NCBI GenBank assembly: GCA_015523485.1
Contig: WAKH01000004.1
Coordinates: forward strand, 1,667 to 65,666
Origin: Thermodiscus sp.
GTDB taxonomy: Archaea > Thermoproteota > Thermoprotei_A > Sulfolobales > Acidilobaceae
DNA: 64,000 bases
Reading direction: 5' to 3'
The notes below the pieces were generated by a model, which ran no database searches, had not been told where the DNA came from, and saw nothing but the letters and a program-made list of their open reading frames with translations. Of the stretch, positions 28,409 to 38,011 are shown in pieces; positions within the stretch are counted from its first letter, which is position 1; each line of letters starts with the position of its first letter. The position numbers and the translations under genes were made by a program.

Positions 28409-28915
28409 TTACTCTGCCTCCTTTGCACGCTCCTTAAATGGGCTACCCGGTGCATAGTCTACCAGCGGCTCCTCGTGGCGCCAGACTAGGTACCCTGGAG
28501 AGGTTACCCTTCTACCTCCTATGGCTATGTGACCGTGAACTATGAGTTGCCTGGCCTGGTATATTGTCCTCGCCAATCCCTTCTTGTAGACGATCGTTTG
28601 AAGCCTCCTCTCCAGTATATCGGCCGCAGTTATGCCGAGAATGTCGTCCAGTGTTGCATCCTTCTCAACTAGTCCCATAGCGTATAGCCTATCGAGAAGG
28701 GCTCTGGTCTGCTTCTCCCTTATTTCTTCTGGCAGGGCGAGTAGTTGTCTGGCCCTGTGCCTTAGCTTACGGGCAAGGGTCCCCGCTATCCATAGCTCCC
28801 TCTTGTTCTTCAACCCATACTTTCCTACAAGCTCTATCTCTGCAAGTAGCCTCTCTTTAATCCAGGGATGCTTAGGGCCAATCCACTTCTTCCTAGGCTT
28901 TCTCGGATCACCCAT
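28409..28915 (-). CDS. rps4: 30S ribosomal protein S4 (uS4)
   Basis: [18 protein letters not shown]...[30 protein letters not shown] (S4 domain). Confidence 0.93.
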   Translation of the reverse strand: MGDPRKPRKKWIGPKHPWIKERLLAEIELVGKYGLKNKRELWIAGTLARKLRHRARQLLALPEEIREKQTRALLDRLYAMGLVEKDATLDDILGITAADILERRLQTIVYKKGLARTIYQARQLIVHGHIAIGGRRVTSPGYLVWRHEEPLVDYAPGSPFKERAKEAE

Positions 28916-28928
28916 GTCCTAGCCACCC

Positions 28929-29384
28929 CTACCTCTTCTTCCTTACTCCTACAGTCATGCCGAGCCTTCCGGTTGTTCCAGTCCTCTGGCCTCTCACCTT
29001 TAGTCCTAGCTTATGCCTGACTCCACGCCACGAACCTATCCTGATTTCTCTTTCAATGTCTCTCCTTGCATGGAATAGCAATTCTGGGCCGATCAAGTGC
29101 TTGTCTAGTCCCGTTTCATAGTCTTTCCTTCTATTGTACATCCACGATGGTAGGCCAAGCTTGGTTAGATCGTTGACAACCTCCTCTATCTTTCTCACTT
29201 CCTCCTCGGTTAGGAATCCGGTCCTCATGTTTGGATCAAGTCCTAGGAGCCTGATAATTGCGAGTGCGGTTGTATAGCCTATTCCCTTTATCTCTGCTAA
29301 CCCATATGGTAGCTTCAGTTTACCATCTATGTCGGTTCCAGCAATCCTTACTATGTACCTGAATTGCCTCCCCTCTAGTGACAC
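28929..29384 (-). CDS. rps13: 30S ribosomal protein S13 (uS13)
   Basis: IVRIAGTDIDGKLKLPYGLAEIKGIGYTTA. GTG start. Confidence 0.93.
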   Translation of the reverse strand: MSLEGRQFRYIVRIAGTDIDGKLKLPYGLAEIKGIGYTTALAIIRLLGLDPNMRTGFLTEEEVRKIEEVVNDLTKLGLPSWMYNRRKDYETGLDKHLIGPELLFHARRDIEREIRIGSWRGVRHKLGLKVRGQRTGTTGRLGMTVGVRKKR

Positions 29385-29469
29385 TTCTTACTTCACCCTT
29401 CCTCTATACCCCTAGCTACCTTGGAAACCGGCCGTTTTAAGGGTATAAAATGTGTGTGCTGGTTGTTTG

Positions 29470-29853
29470 CTAGACTCCAGCCTTAGCTCTTAGCTCCTTT
29501 ACCTTCTCTATTATCTCTTTGACTAGCGCCTCTGCCTCTCCTGGATCAATTATCGCTGCGGATGCTGCCTGTACTTCGATGCCTGCCGCCTCTCCTAGCT
29601 TCTTCTTGTTTGGTACATAGACGTAGGGTATCTTCTTCTCGTCACATAGAACTGGAAGGTGTGCCACAATCTCTGGTGGGTCTACGTCCTCTGCTATTAC
29701 TACTAGCTTAGCGATCCCTCTCTCACATGCCTTGGTCGTCTCGTTGGTTCCCTTCTTTATCTTACCTGAAGACCTTGCTTTCTCGACTGCCTCGTATACC
29801 TTCTGGGCTAGATCCTCCGGGACCTCGAATTTTACGTAAAACGGCTTACTCAT
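29470..29853 (-). CDS. rpl7ae: 50S ribosomal protein L7Ae (K-turn binding; C/D and H/ACA sRNP component)
   Basis: [50 protein letters not shown]. Confidence 0.93.
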   Translation of the reverse strand: MSKPFYVKFEVPEDLAQKVYEAVEKARSSGKIKKGTNETTKACERGIAKLVVIAEDVDPPEIVAHLPVLCDEKKIPYVYVPNKKKLGEAAGIEVQAASAAIIDPGEAEALVKEIIEKVKELRAKAGV

Positions 29854-29908
29854 TTTTCATCCTCCTCCCCTATCTGGGTCGTCTCACAATCAACGTGGCT
29901 CCCTAAGG

Positions 29909-29918
29909 GTATTTAAGT
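29909..29918 (+). promoter_or_regulatory. Candidate TATA box (GTATTTAAGT) for ppa
   Basis: Lies ~30 nt upstream of the ATG at 29946 in the 77-nt divergent gap between rpl7ae and ppa. Confidence 0.35.
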
Positions 29919-29945
29919 TATCTCGGGTAATTGGAATGTGGTAAC

Positions 29946-30491
29946 ATGGAGGGAATGCATATGGGATGCCTCGACAAGCTTGGTCCTGGAAGTAAGGCTC
30001 CCGACCTCGTCAATGTCGTCGTCGAAATACCTATGGGCAGCTCGGTCAAGTACGAGTTTGACAAAGAATCATGCCTAGTCAAGGTTGACCGCTTCCTCTA
30101 TACTAGTATGGTGTACCCGTTCAACTATGGCTTTATTCCCGGAACGTTGGAGGAAGACGGTGATCCAGTAGACATACTAGTTCTAAGTAGAGAGCCAGTA
30201 GTGCCTGGAAGCGTAATTGAAGCGGTCCCCGTCGCGCTCCTAATAATGGAGGACGAAGAGGGTATCGACAACAAGATCCTAGCAGTCCCTAAGGCCAAAC
30301 TAGACCCGTTGTATTCTACTATAAAAGACGTGGGCGACCTGCCAGATATACTGAAAGACAAGATCAAGCACTTCTTCGAGCATTACAAGGAGCTCGAGCC
30401 TGGGAAATGGGTCAAAGTTAAGGAGTGGAGGAGCGCGGCAGAGGCTAAGGAGAGGATAAAGAAGGCTATTGAGCGCTACAAGAGTGGCTAG
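29946..30491 (+). CDS. ppa: Inorganic pyrophosphatase (family I)
   Basis: [19 protein letters not shown]...[24 protein letters not shown]. The track ORF starts at TTG 29931. ATGs at 29946, 29955 and 29961 are more likely; family N-termini favour [10 protein letters not shown] at 29961. Confidence 0.92.
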   Translation: MEGMHMGCLDKLGPGSKAPDLVNVVVEIPMGSSVKYEFDKESCLVKVDRFLYTSMVYPFNYGFIPGTLEEDGDPVDILVLSREPVVPGSVIEAVPVALLIMEDEEGIDNKILAVPKAKLDPLYSTIKDVGDLPDILKDKIKHFFEHYKELEPGKWVKVKEWRSAAEAKERIKKAIERYKSG

Positions 30492-30493
30492 AA

Positions 30494-31123
30494 ATGAAAA
30501 AATTCTTAGCTTTTATATTTATTATTTTAATTATCTTTACCATATATACCGCTTACGCGTTTGGGTACCAATCCGGAACAGCATACTATTCCATTGTCAT
30601 TGTCCAGGTACCTTCGTGGATCTCGCTTAACCTGTCAGACACAGGTAGACTCTACGCGTTAACTAGCTACTCAGGCTATAGAGCGTTAATTAAAGTAGAC
30701 TATGATACAGGCACGATATCCTTTCCGACAACCTATGAGTCCAACAATTATATTCCTCAAAAAATGAAAAATTTCATAAAAGATATTTTTACTGAAGTAA
30801 TCAAGACGAAGCCGGAGAGAAATGCTAATCTAGAAATCTACTATCTAAACGAAGCACAGGGCAATGAACTCTACGTTTGCAGCAATGTAGGGATCTCCCG
30901 CGGTCCCGACTATGAAATAGCATATGGTAACATTCCATTAAGAGGAATAATAATGAATGATATAGGTCGAGGATATAAAATAGTCGTATTTTTCGATATC
31001 CTCCAAGCAACAGGAGAGGTATGCGGTAAGCCAATACATAAACAGACTCTTGGAATATTCACAACTGTGGCCAGCCTGGCGATAATTGCTCGGGCTATAA
31101 AGTCATTCCTCCAGTACAGGTAG
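30494..31123 (+). CDS. Hypothetical membrane-anchored/secreted protein (N- and C-terminal hydrophobic helices)
   Basis: MKKFLAFIFIILIIFTIYTAYA at the N-terminus and LGIFTTVASLAIIARAI near the C-terminus. AT-rich, for example 17/60 G+C at 30721-30780. No recognisable family. Confidence 0.5.
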   Translation: MKKFLAFIFIILIIFTIYTAYAFGYQSGTAYYSIVIVQVPSWISLNLSDTGRLYALTSYSGYRALIKVDYDTGTISFPTTYESNNYIPQKMKNFIKDIFTEVIKTKPERNANLEIYYLNEAQGNELYVCSNVGISRGPDYEIAYGNIPLRGIIMNDIGRGYKIVVFFDILQATGEVCGKPIHKQTLGIFTTVASLAIIARAIKSFLQYR

Positions 31124-31193
31124 GGAATCCTTATTAAAATATAGAAAAGAGAGATACATGGATGAGACGTAAGAGACTCCGAGGGCTAAAACT

Positions 31194-32201
31194 ATGGAGC
31201 TCTACCATCAATGTTGTCGTTACGCCAGAGTAGGCGATAAGGGAGAGATACTGCTAGGAAGAAACGTTGTTGCCGACGCCTTCGAGAAACGCCTAATAAG
31301 AGTGGTAACCCATGCACACCAAGACCATACCCGTGGGCTTTCAAGGAGTACAAAGTGGAGTATCTATGTTATAGCAACTCCAATAACATTTGAATTCCTA
31401 AAGCTGCTCGGCTATAAGATTCCAGAGGATAAAAAACTACCACTAAGTTATAATAATTCTATCACTATTGAGAATGAGACTATAACACTTGTAAGAGCAC
31501 GACACATAGCAGGTAGTGCCCAGGTACTAGTAGAGTCGCCCTCCTACAGAGTCGGCTATACTGGTGACTTCAAGCTGCCAGGTACTCCTCCCCTTGAAGA
31601 TCTCGATACACTGATCATAGACGCTACATACGGGAGTCCTCGATACCAGAGGCGATGGAGTGATTGGGAAGCTCTGTCAGCGCTAATCGCTTTGATAGAC
31701 GAGAGAATTCATAAGGGACCCGTGTGGATTTACGCGTTCAACGGAAAGATCCAGGAAATTATGATAGAATTGAGGAGGAGGGGGATAGACTATCCCTTCC
31801 TAGCCGAGCCTTTAGCGATTGAAATGGCTAAGGTCTCTTCGAGAGAGTATGGAGTGGATCTCGGCGATCTGAGACCATATCTTGGAGGAGAGCCTGATGA
31901 GAGTGCCGTCATATTCATACATTCATCAAAAACAAACGGAAAAATTAGACTAAAAGGGACGCATATACGACTCACCGGCTGGGAGATCAAATCCATGGTA
32001 CGCATGATTAGAGAGAATGTATTCAACGTATCGTTCAGTGATCATGCAACTTTTAGAGAGATCATTGAATATGTTAGAGATGCCATGCCGAAACAAGTAA
32101 TAGTGGATGGTTACCGCGGCAAGGATGCTTGGTTCACAGCGAAATACATAGAGAGAAGACTTGGCATACCAGCAATACATATGCCGGTGAGGAGAAAATG
32201 A
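31194..32201 (+). CDS. Metallo-beta-lactamase-fold hydrolase, short beta-CASP-like nuclease
   Basis: HxHxDH motif VTHAHQDHTRGL, ARHIAGSA, YTGDFK, IIDATYG and a C-terminal FSDHAT (beta-CASP motif B/C-like). Confidence 0.7.
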   Translation: MELYHQCCRYARVGDKGEILLGRNVVADAFEKRLIRVVTHAHQDHTRGLSRSTKWSIYVIATPITFEFLKLLGYKIPEDKKLPLSYNNSITIENETITLVRARHIAGSAQVLVESPSYRVGYTGDFKLPGTPPLEDLDTLIIDATYGSPRYQRRWSDWEALSALIALIDERIHKGPVWIYAFNGKIQEIMIELRRRGIDYPFLAEPLAIEMAKVSSREYGVDLGDLRPYLGGEPDESAVIFIHSSKTNGKIRLKGTHIRLTGWEIKSMVRMIRENVFNVSFSDHATFREIIEYVRDAMPKQVIVDGYRGKDAWFTAKYIERRLGIPAIHMPVRRK

Positions 32202-32746
32202 CGAGTGTAGAAGAAGGAGATAAGAGGTTAATCGAAGCGTTAATCGATCACCTGGACAGTAGCTATATCTACCTAGGCCCCTTCCTAATGACTCTCGCCA
32301 TGATCACTGGTTACATTTCAACCCTGACACCAAAGGAAGTAAGCACGCTACTAGTACCCATAGCCGTTTCCCTAGGGGTAATAGGAGGCTACCTGGAGTT
32401 CCACACACTAATTGTACTATTGAGGGCTAGAGATATCCTACTGGGTAGGGACCCTTCGCTGATCAAATACATCGGCAGAGCAGCTATCCTAACGGGCTTC
32501 TATTACTCGATACTAGGGTCTCTCATAATAGCTTCTACAGTTAAGGATATCATCGAGCATGTAAGGGAGAAACCGATACAAGATCTAGCCTGCAGGAGGT
32601 ACTACAATTATATTTACTTGATAATTAGTCTGGGAGCGGCACTATCGCCGCTACAAGCGTGTATATCACGAGATATTAGGGATCTACTTTCGTCTAGCCA
32701 TATCCTCGTGGAGGAACTTCCTGAAGGCTTCGGCGCCCATGCTTAA
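32198..32746 (+). CDS. Hypothetical integral membrane protein (about four TM helices)
   Basis: The ATG at 32198 overlaps the MBL stop (ATGA). The track ORF starts upstream at 32129 inside the MBL gene. Hydrophobic segments; no family recognised. Confidence 0.5.
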   Translation: MTSVEEGDKRLIEALIDHLDSSYIYLGPFLMTLAMITGYISTLTPKEVSTLLVPIAVSLGVIGGYLEFHTLIVLLRARDILLGRDPSLIKYIGRAAILTGFYYSILGSLIIASTVKDIIEHVREKPIQDLACRRYYNYIYLIISLGAALSPLQACISRDIRDLLSSSHILVEELPEGFGAHA

Positions 32747-33424
32747 TACCGGGAGGAGTATCCTCGGCGCTCTAATCCCTCTATCAAGAATCGCTCTCCA
32801 AGTCTCCCCGCACTCTTGACATACCAGTAAACCAATCCTCCTCTTCTTGTCAGTAAACACACCTATCGAAACGGGATCAGAGTTACCACAATAGGGGCAA
32901 ATGACACGGTCTTTCGATATACGCCACTCATACGAGCAGAACGGGCATACCATATGATAGCCATAGTCTCTCACCACCATAGTCTTACTCTCTGCACCGC
33001 ATACCGGACAGATTGGACCGGTTCTATCTTCAACTCCCTCATTCAGCCTCTCCTCCGCTACGCATCTAGCAATAGCCTGAACCAAGATGGCCATTATCGT
33101 CGTTTCTTCCCTCTCCATATTGCCAGCTAGAAACTCCCTTAGAACGATGCGAACATCCACATCTCGGGTTAAGGATAAGCCAACCATCTCTGCAACTCTA
33201 TGAAATGCCTCCCCAAGCCAACCACTGGATAAGAGACCGTCAATTACTGATTGGAGCTCTCCCCTACACGCATTGTTGGCCCTTAATTCATCCATAATCT
33301 TGAGCTCTACTCGTTCTACGTTAATCGATTTCTCCCTGTCGATGGATCCTCCTTTTAGAAGGTGTAGATATTTGTCTAGCGCCGTCTTGAATTCTTCTAG
33401 CCTTTCGTTTACTTGACCCGACAT
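32684..33424 (-). CDS. FdhE-like four-CxxC zinc protein
   Basis: CPVCGAES...VCPFCSYEW...ICPYCGNS...VCQECGETW reproduces the FdhE C-terminal rubredoxin-like pattern. Confidence 0.55.
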   Translation of the reverse strand: MSGQVNERLEEFKTALDKYLHLLKGGSIDREKSINVERVELKIMDELRANNACRGELQSVIDGLLSSGWLGEAFHRVAEMVGLSLTRDVDVRIVLREFLAGNMEREETTIMAILVQAIARCVAEERLNEGVEDRTGPICPVCGAESKTMVVRDYGYHMVCPFCSYEWRISKDRVICPYCGNSDPVSIGVFTDKKRRIGLLVCQECGETWRAILDRGIRAPRILLPVLSMGAEAFRKFLHEDMARRK

Positions 33425-33426
33425 TT

Positions 33427-34464
33427 CTAATCAGCACCTTTAGTGGCTGCTCTCTGGAGTATACTAATCATCCATCTATATCCTTTCCATATATGGTGTG
33501 GCATTGCGACGATTCTTATTCCTCTCCCGAGACACTTGTAGACGGAATATCCCATTCCTTCAATGTTGTGTATAATTCTATCAATATGCTCATGTTGTAG
33601 GCATCTAATCGGTGCTGGTCCACCAACGCCCCGGTAGCCGACTGCTTCCAATTCCTCTACAATGTTATCCACCATCTTTTCCAAGTCCCTTGCCAGCCCT
33701 ACTGGGCCCGATGGCCAGTTTTCGACGACGAGCTTCAACGATATACTCGCTGCATATACGGCGCATCCCGGCCTAGTTCCAAGTAGTCCAAACTGCCTCT
33801 TACCTGGCAAATATGGTGACTCGAACCAGAGAGATTCCAGTATGTCTTCGTCTCTCGCGTAGAGAACTCCTGCTGGCGGCGGTGCTTCCGGTATTTTATG
33901 AAGATCGACGGCCATTGTGGAAATAGTATCGTCTAGTCCAAGTTCAATATTTTCCACCCGGTTAGAGTGTCTAAGAATTGTTCCATAATAGGCTGCATCT
34001 ACATGGACCACGGCCCCCCTTCGACTTGCCAATTCTGCTATCTCGTTTAGCGGATCGACGGCTCCCGTCTCTGTGGTTCCGAGGGTTACTACGATAACGT
34101 CGGAGTTCTTCACCTTACTAGCAAGCTTTGCATAATCTGTTTCCACGTATTCTAGGCCTAGGATGTAGGCCGCTTTCCTAACGCTGTAATGAGTGTGGGG
34201 GAAGGCTACTACTCGTTTCTTGCCCTGTTTACGCCAGTATAGTAGTGCGAGTATGTTGGACTCCGTTGCTCCACTTGTCATCATACCTGGATATTTTGAT
34301 CCAAATACTATGTTCGAGAATCTTCTGACTACGTCATCATGTACTTCTCTTAGGTTTGGATACGAGTCTAGATCTCCCTTGTTCGTATGGGCCCATTTAG
34401 CGCATGCCTCTCTCGCTGGCCACGGCGGGTCTGGAATCATTCCACCGATTACCTGCGTGCCCAT
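33427..34464 (-). CDS. mfnA: PLP-dependent group II decarboxylase (MfnA-like tyrosine/aspartate decarboxylase)
   Basis: MTSGATESNILAL, HVDAAYYG and AVDLHKIPEAPPPAGVL (the PLP-lysine block xDxHK). At 345 aa it is short for the family. Confidence 0.72.
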   Translation of the reverse strand: MGTQVIGGMIPDPPWPAREACAKWAHTNKGDLDSYPNLREVHDDVVRRFSNIVFGSKYPGMMTSGATESNILALLYWRKQGKKRVVAFPHTHYSVRKAAYILGLEYVETDYAKLASKVKNSDVIVVTLGTTETGAVDPLNEIAELASRRGAVVHVDAAYYGTILRHSNRVENIELGLDDTISTMAVDLHKIPEAPPPAGVLYARDEDILESLWFESPYLPGKRQFGLLGTRPGCAVYAASISLKLVVENWPSGPVGLARDLEKMVDNIVEELEAVGYRGVGGPAPIRCLQHEHIDRIIHNIEGMGYSVYKCLGRGIRIVAMPHHIWKGYRWMISILQRAATKGAD

Positions 34465-34523
34465 TAGTCGTTCCCGTAGGAATCTGGCTTGGAAGGGTTT
34501 ATACAGTATAGTACTTGTATAAA

Positions 34524-34549
34524 GGGAAAAATGATTAGAATAAAAATAA
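34524..34549 (-). terminator. Candidate oligo-T terminator after nuoN
   Basis: Reading the minus strand just after the nuoN stop gives TTATTTTTATTCTAATCATTTTTCCC, with two T5 tracts. This is typical of archaeal intrinsic termination signals. Confidence 0.4.
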
Positions 34550-35941
34550 TTAGCTTAGGCTGGTAACGTAGACTGGAGCTATTAAGCCTAGTACTAGTAT
34601 GGCCACTGCAGATAACACTATTGCGGCTCCGATATGCCATTTCAGCGTTACTTCCGGTTTCTCGGAGGCTACTAGGTCTCTTATCGCCCTTACATAGTAG
34701 GCGGAGCTTATTGCACTGTTGACCAATGCGATTGCAACCAGTATTATAGAGTAGGCTGATGCTGCGTAGAAGAGGTAGAGCTTGCCCCAGAAGCCTAGTA
34801 GTGGCGGTAGGCCTAGTAGGCTTAGTAGGAGCATGCCAGCTGATATTGAAACTACCTTGTTCCCGGAGAGTAGGCCTTTGAGTTTCTCGATGCTGCTTTC
34901 GTCTACTCCAATCGGGAATAGGGCTGCCTTCGAGAGCCCGTAGGCTGTAGCTTGTAGTGCTATAGCTGCTAGCGCTATCGTCTTCATTGGAGTGTCTAGT
35001 GGAGCTAGGTATGCGATTGCGCTTAATCCAACTAGGATGTATCCTACTTGTGCTATGCTACTGTAGGCTAATAGCTTCCGAATATCCTTAGTTGTCAGCG
35101 CTGCTATGTTACCGTACGTCATAGTGAGGACTGCAAGAACTGCTAGGACTATTGCTATCCTGGTCGATACTATCGGGTTTGCTGATGAATATAGGATTAT
35201 CTTTGTTATTAAGCCTATGAATGCTATCTTTATCATTCCTGTCACGATGCTAACCATGTATCCATTGCCCTTAGAGTATACGCTTGGTAGCCACCAGTGG
35301 AATGGTACTACGCCGAGCTTGAATCCTAGAGCTATTATGAGCGATAGTAGTACTATTGCACTGAATTTATCGATGGTTAGGCTAGCGAATGAGAAGCCTA
35401 GGTTGCCAGCCTGTGATGATAACACATAGTCTCCTCCAACCCATATTGCGAGGAATAGTGTTGCTATTGCTCCAAGGAATATGTATTGTATTGCCGCTCC
35501 CCTACTGTCCCTGTCGCTTGGTAGAGCCATCATTACATAGCTTATAATTGAGACTAGTAGCCAGGTTGCGAGGACTAGTAGTGCATCCATTGCTCCAAGC
35601 ATGTAGTATGAGCCGAATAGTGCTAGTGGCACTAGGCTGTAGTAGGCTGGGCTGCTCTCCCAGAATGCTGGTTCTCTGCCTGATGCTAACACTGATATTG
35701 CTGCCGCGAGGCTGATGGCCATCAATAGTACCGCCGTGAACTGGTCGTGCTGGACTAGTCCATTGTAGAGATTGATCGGCGCTTTAGCGTAGGTTTCAAC
35801 GGATACGAGTATGAAGATAAGTATCGCAGCCCATGTTAAACCTGGTATCAGCTTGCTTGTTCTAGAGGTAAAGATTGATAGGACTGGGATTATGAGTGAT
35901 ATCGCCAGTACACCATATAGTCCTAACGTGATCAGCTCCAT
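34550..35941 (-). CDS. nuoN: NADH-quinone oxidoreductase subunit N
   Basis: Polytopic antiporter-like protein with LLAYSSIAQVGYILVG. Last gene of the nuo operon. Confidence 0.88.
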   Translation of the reverse strand: MELITLGLYGVLAISLIIPVLSIFTSRTSKLIPGLTWAAILIFILVSVETYAKAPINLYNGLVQHDQFTAVLLMAISLAAAISVLASGREPAFWESSPAYYSLVPLALFGSYYMLGAMDALLVLATWLLVSIISYVMMALPSDRDSRGAAIQYIFLGAIATLFLAIWVGGDYVLSSQAGNLGFSFASLTIDKFSAIVLLSLIIALGFKLGVVPFHWWLPSVYSKGNGYMVSIVTGMIKIAFIGLITKIILYSSANPIVSTRIAIVLAVLAVLTMTYGNIAALTTKDIRKLLAYSSIAQVGYILVGLSAIAYLAPLDTPMKTIALAAIALQATAYGLSKAALFPIGVDESSIEKLKGLLSGNKVVSISAGMLLLSLLGLPPLLGFWGKLYLFYAASAYSIILVAIALVNSAISSAYYVRAIRDLVASEKPEVTLKWHIGAAIVLSAVAILVLGLIAPVYVTSLS

Positions 35942-35946
35942 TCACT

Positions 35947-38004
35947 TCACCCCCATGCCAAATATAGGAAGAGTAATACTATGGCTGCGAAGTACAGGTA
36001 TAGCATCATGTAGTAGTCTGTCCTGCCGCGGTGGAGGGTTCTTAGAGCCGCTGCTCCTGCAGCGAAGACTATTGGGATTGCAAAGTGGTAGAATATGTCG
36101 ATTCCGAAGTCTACTATTGCCACTGCCGATGCTAGTGCTGCGAAGCCTCCCACTATGACTATGTAGTATATTGAGTTGATGTACCATCTGTCGTATAGGA
36201 AGTCGTGTATGGCTCTTGCTAGCGCTGACCTCTTTATCAGTCCAGGGAAGTCTACTTTGACTACGAGGTAGAGTGTCGCTACGATTACTATTGATGCTGC
36301 TACCAATCCTAGGACCATTAACACTGCTCCTGTTAAGCTCACTGTTAGGCTGATACCTTCTCCAATGCTGAGGGTTTCGGCAACTGCCTTAGAGATGGCC
36401 TGGCTGGTTCCTGTCCAGTATAGTCCTAGTACCAGGCTAGCTATTGCTAGTATGGTGTATGGCCATAACATCAGGCCTGGAGCTTCATGTACTTCGTGAC
36501 CTTCGTGTTTCTCGTATGGCTCTAGGTGGAAGACTCTTAGTATCATCCTTAACGTGTATGCAGCGGTGATGGCGGCAGTCACTACTCCTAGCGTGTAGCC
36601 CCATGTGAAGTGTGCTTCCTCTGCAGCCTTCAGTACTAGTTCCTTAGAGAAGAAGCCGCTCAGCGGTGGTATACCCATTAGGCTTAGTCCAGCGAGCCAC
36701 ATGGATACAGCGGTTATCTTCATCACTTTGGCGTACTTGCCCATGGGATCTATGAATCTACTGTGTGCCGCGTGTAGGAGCCATCCTGCTATTAGGAATA
36801 AGGCTGCCTTGAATACCGCGTGGCTGACTAGGTGGGATAGGCCCGCGCTTATTCCTAGAGATAGGCCCTCGTAGCCTGCTTCTATTAGTAGACCTGCGGC
36901 CGCTGCACCTAGGAACATGTATCCAAGCTGGCTTGCTGTCGAGTAAGCGAGTATCAGCTTGAGCTCGTTTGATACTAGGGCCATTGTTCCCATCATGAAT
37001 GCAGTTATCGCACCTAGTCCAGAGATAATCAGGAAGTATTCCTTTACTGATTCAACTACGGCAGGGTCAGTGTGTAGTAGAGCGTAGGCTCCTGCGAAGA
37101 TAATGGGGACGAATCTCAGCATGAAGTAGACCCCAGCCTTTACCATTGTCGCAGCGTGTATGAGTGCTGAGACTGGTGTTGGACCGGTCATTGCAGTTAC
37201 AAGCCACTCGTGGAACGGGAATTGCGCACTCTTGGCTAGGGCTCCTAGGCTGAATAGGAGCAGTACTGGTACTAGGATTCCCTTCGTAGCAAGGTATCCT
37301 AGCCAGCTGCTTGATGTTGCAGCCAGCTCTGGTATGTTGAACGTTCCTGTTATGAGGTAGATTACGGCCATTCCTATGAGTAGGCCTATGTCGCCTATCC
37401 TGGTGAATAGTATAGCTCTTACACCGCTGTGGCTTGGCTCGAAGTACATTGGTTGTCCTAGTGCTTTCCTGCCTGGTACACCCACCCAGTATTCTTCCTC
37501 ATCCGTGTACCAGTGCCCGATTAGTGCGTAGCTCGCTATACCGGTTCCCTCCCAGCCGATGAAGAGTAGTACTAGGTTGTCAGCTAATACGAGTAGTAGC
37601 ATGCTTGCTACGAAGAAGGTTATGAAGAAGAAGTATCTTGCAGCTCCCCAGTCTCCTTCCATGTACTTTACACTGTATATTGCTATTAGTAGGCTAATCC
37701 ATGACACTACCAGCGCCATGACGACGCCGAGGCCGTCCAGGTAAGTTCCAACGGTGATATCCAGCCATGGCACCCAGACTTTACCGTAGAGACTGTATAT
37801 TGGCCCGTTTGAGAAGACTTGCTGTGCTGCCAGTGTTGATAGGATAGCTGAGACACCTATGCTTGCCACGCTGCCCCATGCGTATATCTTCTCATTCTTT
37901 ACTCCTAGCAGGTATAGTAAAGCGAGTACTGCCGCTCCAATGTACGGGAATATCCAGATGAGAGACCAGGGCATTAAGCCAGTTACAGTCACCGACGCCT
38001 CCAT
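35947..38004 (-). CDS. nuoL: NADH-quinone oxidoreductase subunit L
   Basis: GWEGTGIASYALIGHWY and LAYSTASQLGYMFLG. 685 aa with a long C-terminal extension (lateral helix region). Confidence 0.9.
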   Translation of the reverse strand: MEASVTVTGLMPWSLIWIFPYIGAAVLALLYLLGVKNEKIYAWGSVASIGVSAILSTLAAQQVFSNGPIYSLYGKVWVPWLDITVGTYLDGLGVVMALVVSWISLLIAIYSVKYMEGDWGAARYFFFITFFVASMLLLVLADNLVLLFIGWEGTGIASYALIGHWYTDEEEYWVGVPGRKALGQPMYFEPSHSGVRAILFTRIGDIGLLIGMAVIYLITGTFNIPELAATSSSWLGYLATKGILVPVLLLFSLGALAKSAQFPFHEWLVTAMTGPTPVSALIHAATMVKAGVYFMLRFVPIIFAGAYALLHTDPAVVESVKEYFLIISGLGAITAFMMGTMALVSNELKLILAYSTASQLGYMFLGAAAAGLLIEAGYEGLSLGISAGLSHLVSHAVFKAALFLIAGWLLHAAHSRFIDPMGKYAKVMKITAVSMWLAGLSLMGIPPLSGFFSKELVLKAAEEAHFTWGYTLGVVTAAITAAYTLRMILRVFHLEPYEKHEGHEVHEAPGLMLWPYTILAIASLVLGLYWTGTSQAISKAVAETLSIGEGISLTVSLTGAVLMVLGLVAASIVIVATLYLVVKVDFPGLIKRSALARAIHDFLYDRWYINSIYYIVIVGGFAALASAVAIVDFGIDIFYHFAIPIVFAAGAAALRTLHRGRTDYYMMLYLYFAAIVLLFLYLAWG

Positions 38005-38011
38005 CCCATCA

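Noticed and set aside
29854-29905. Looked for a K-turn in the L7Ae 5' leader (possible autoregulation), prompted by GA-rich strings UGAUUGUGAGAC and GGAUGAAAAAUGAG.
   Set aside because: I could not build a convincing C-stem, 3-nt bulge and tandem G.A arrangement by eye. It would need structure prediction and comparative data.
35942-36187. 81-aa minus-strand ORF in an alternative frame over the nuoL 3' end.
   Set aside because: It lies inside nuoL in another frame and has Arg/Ser-rich composition. There is no support for it.
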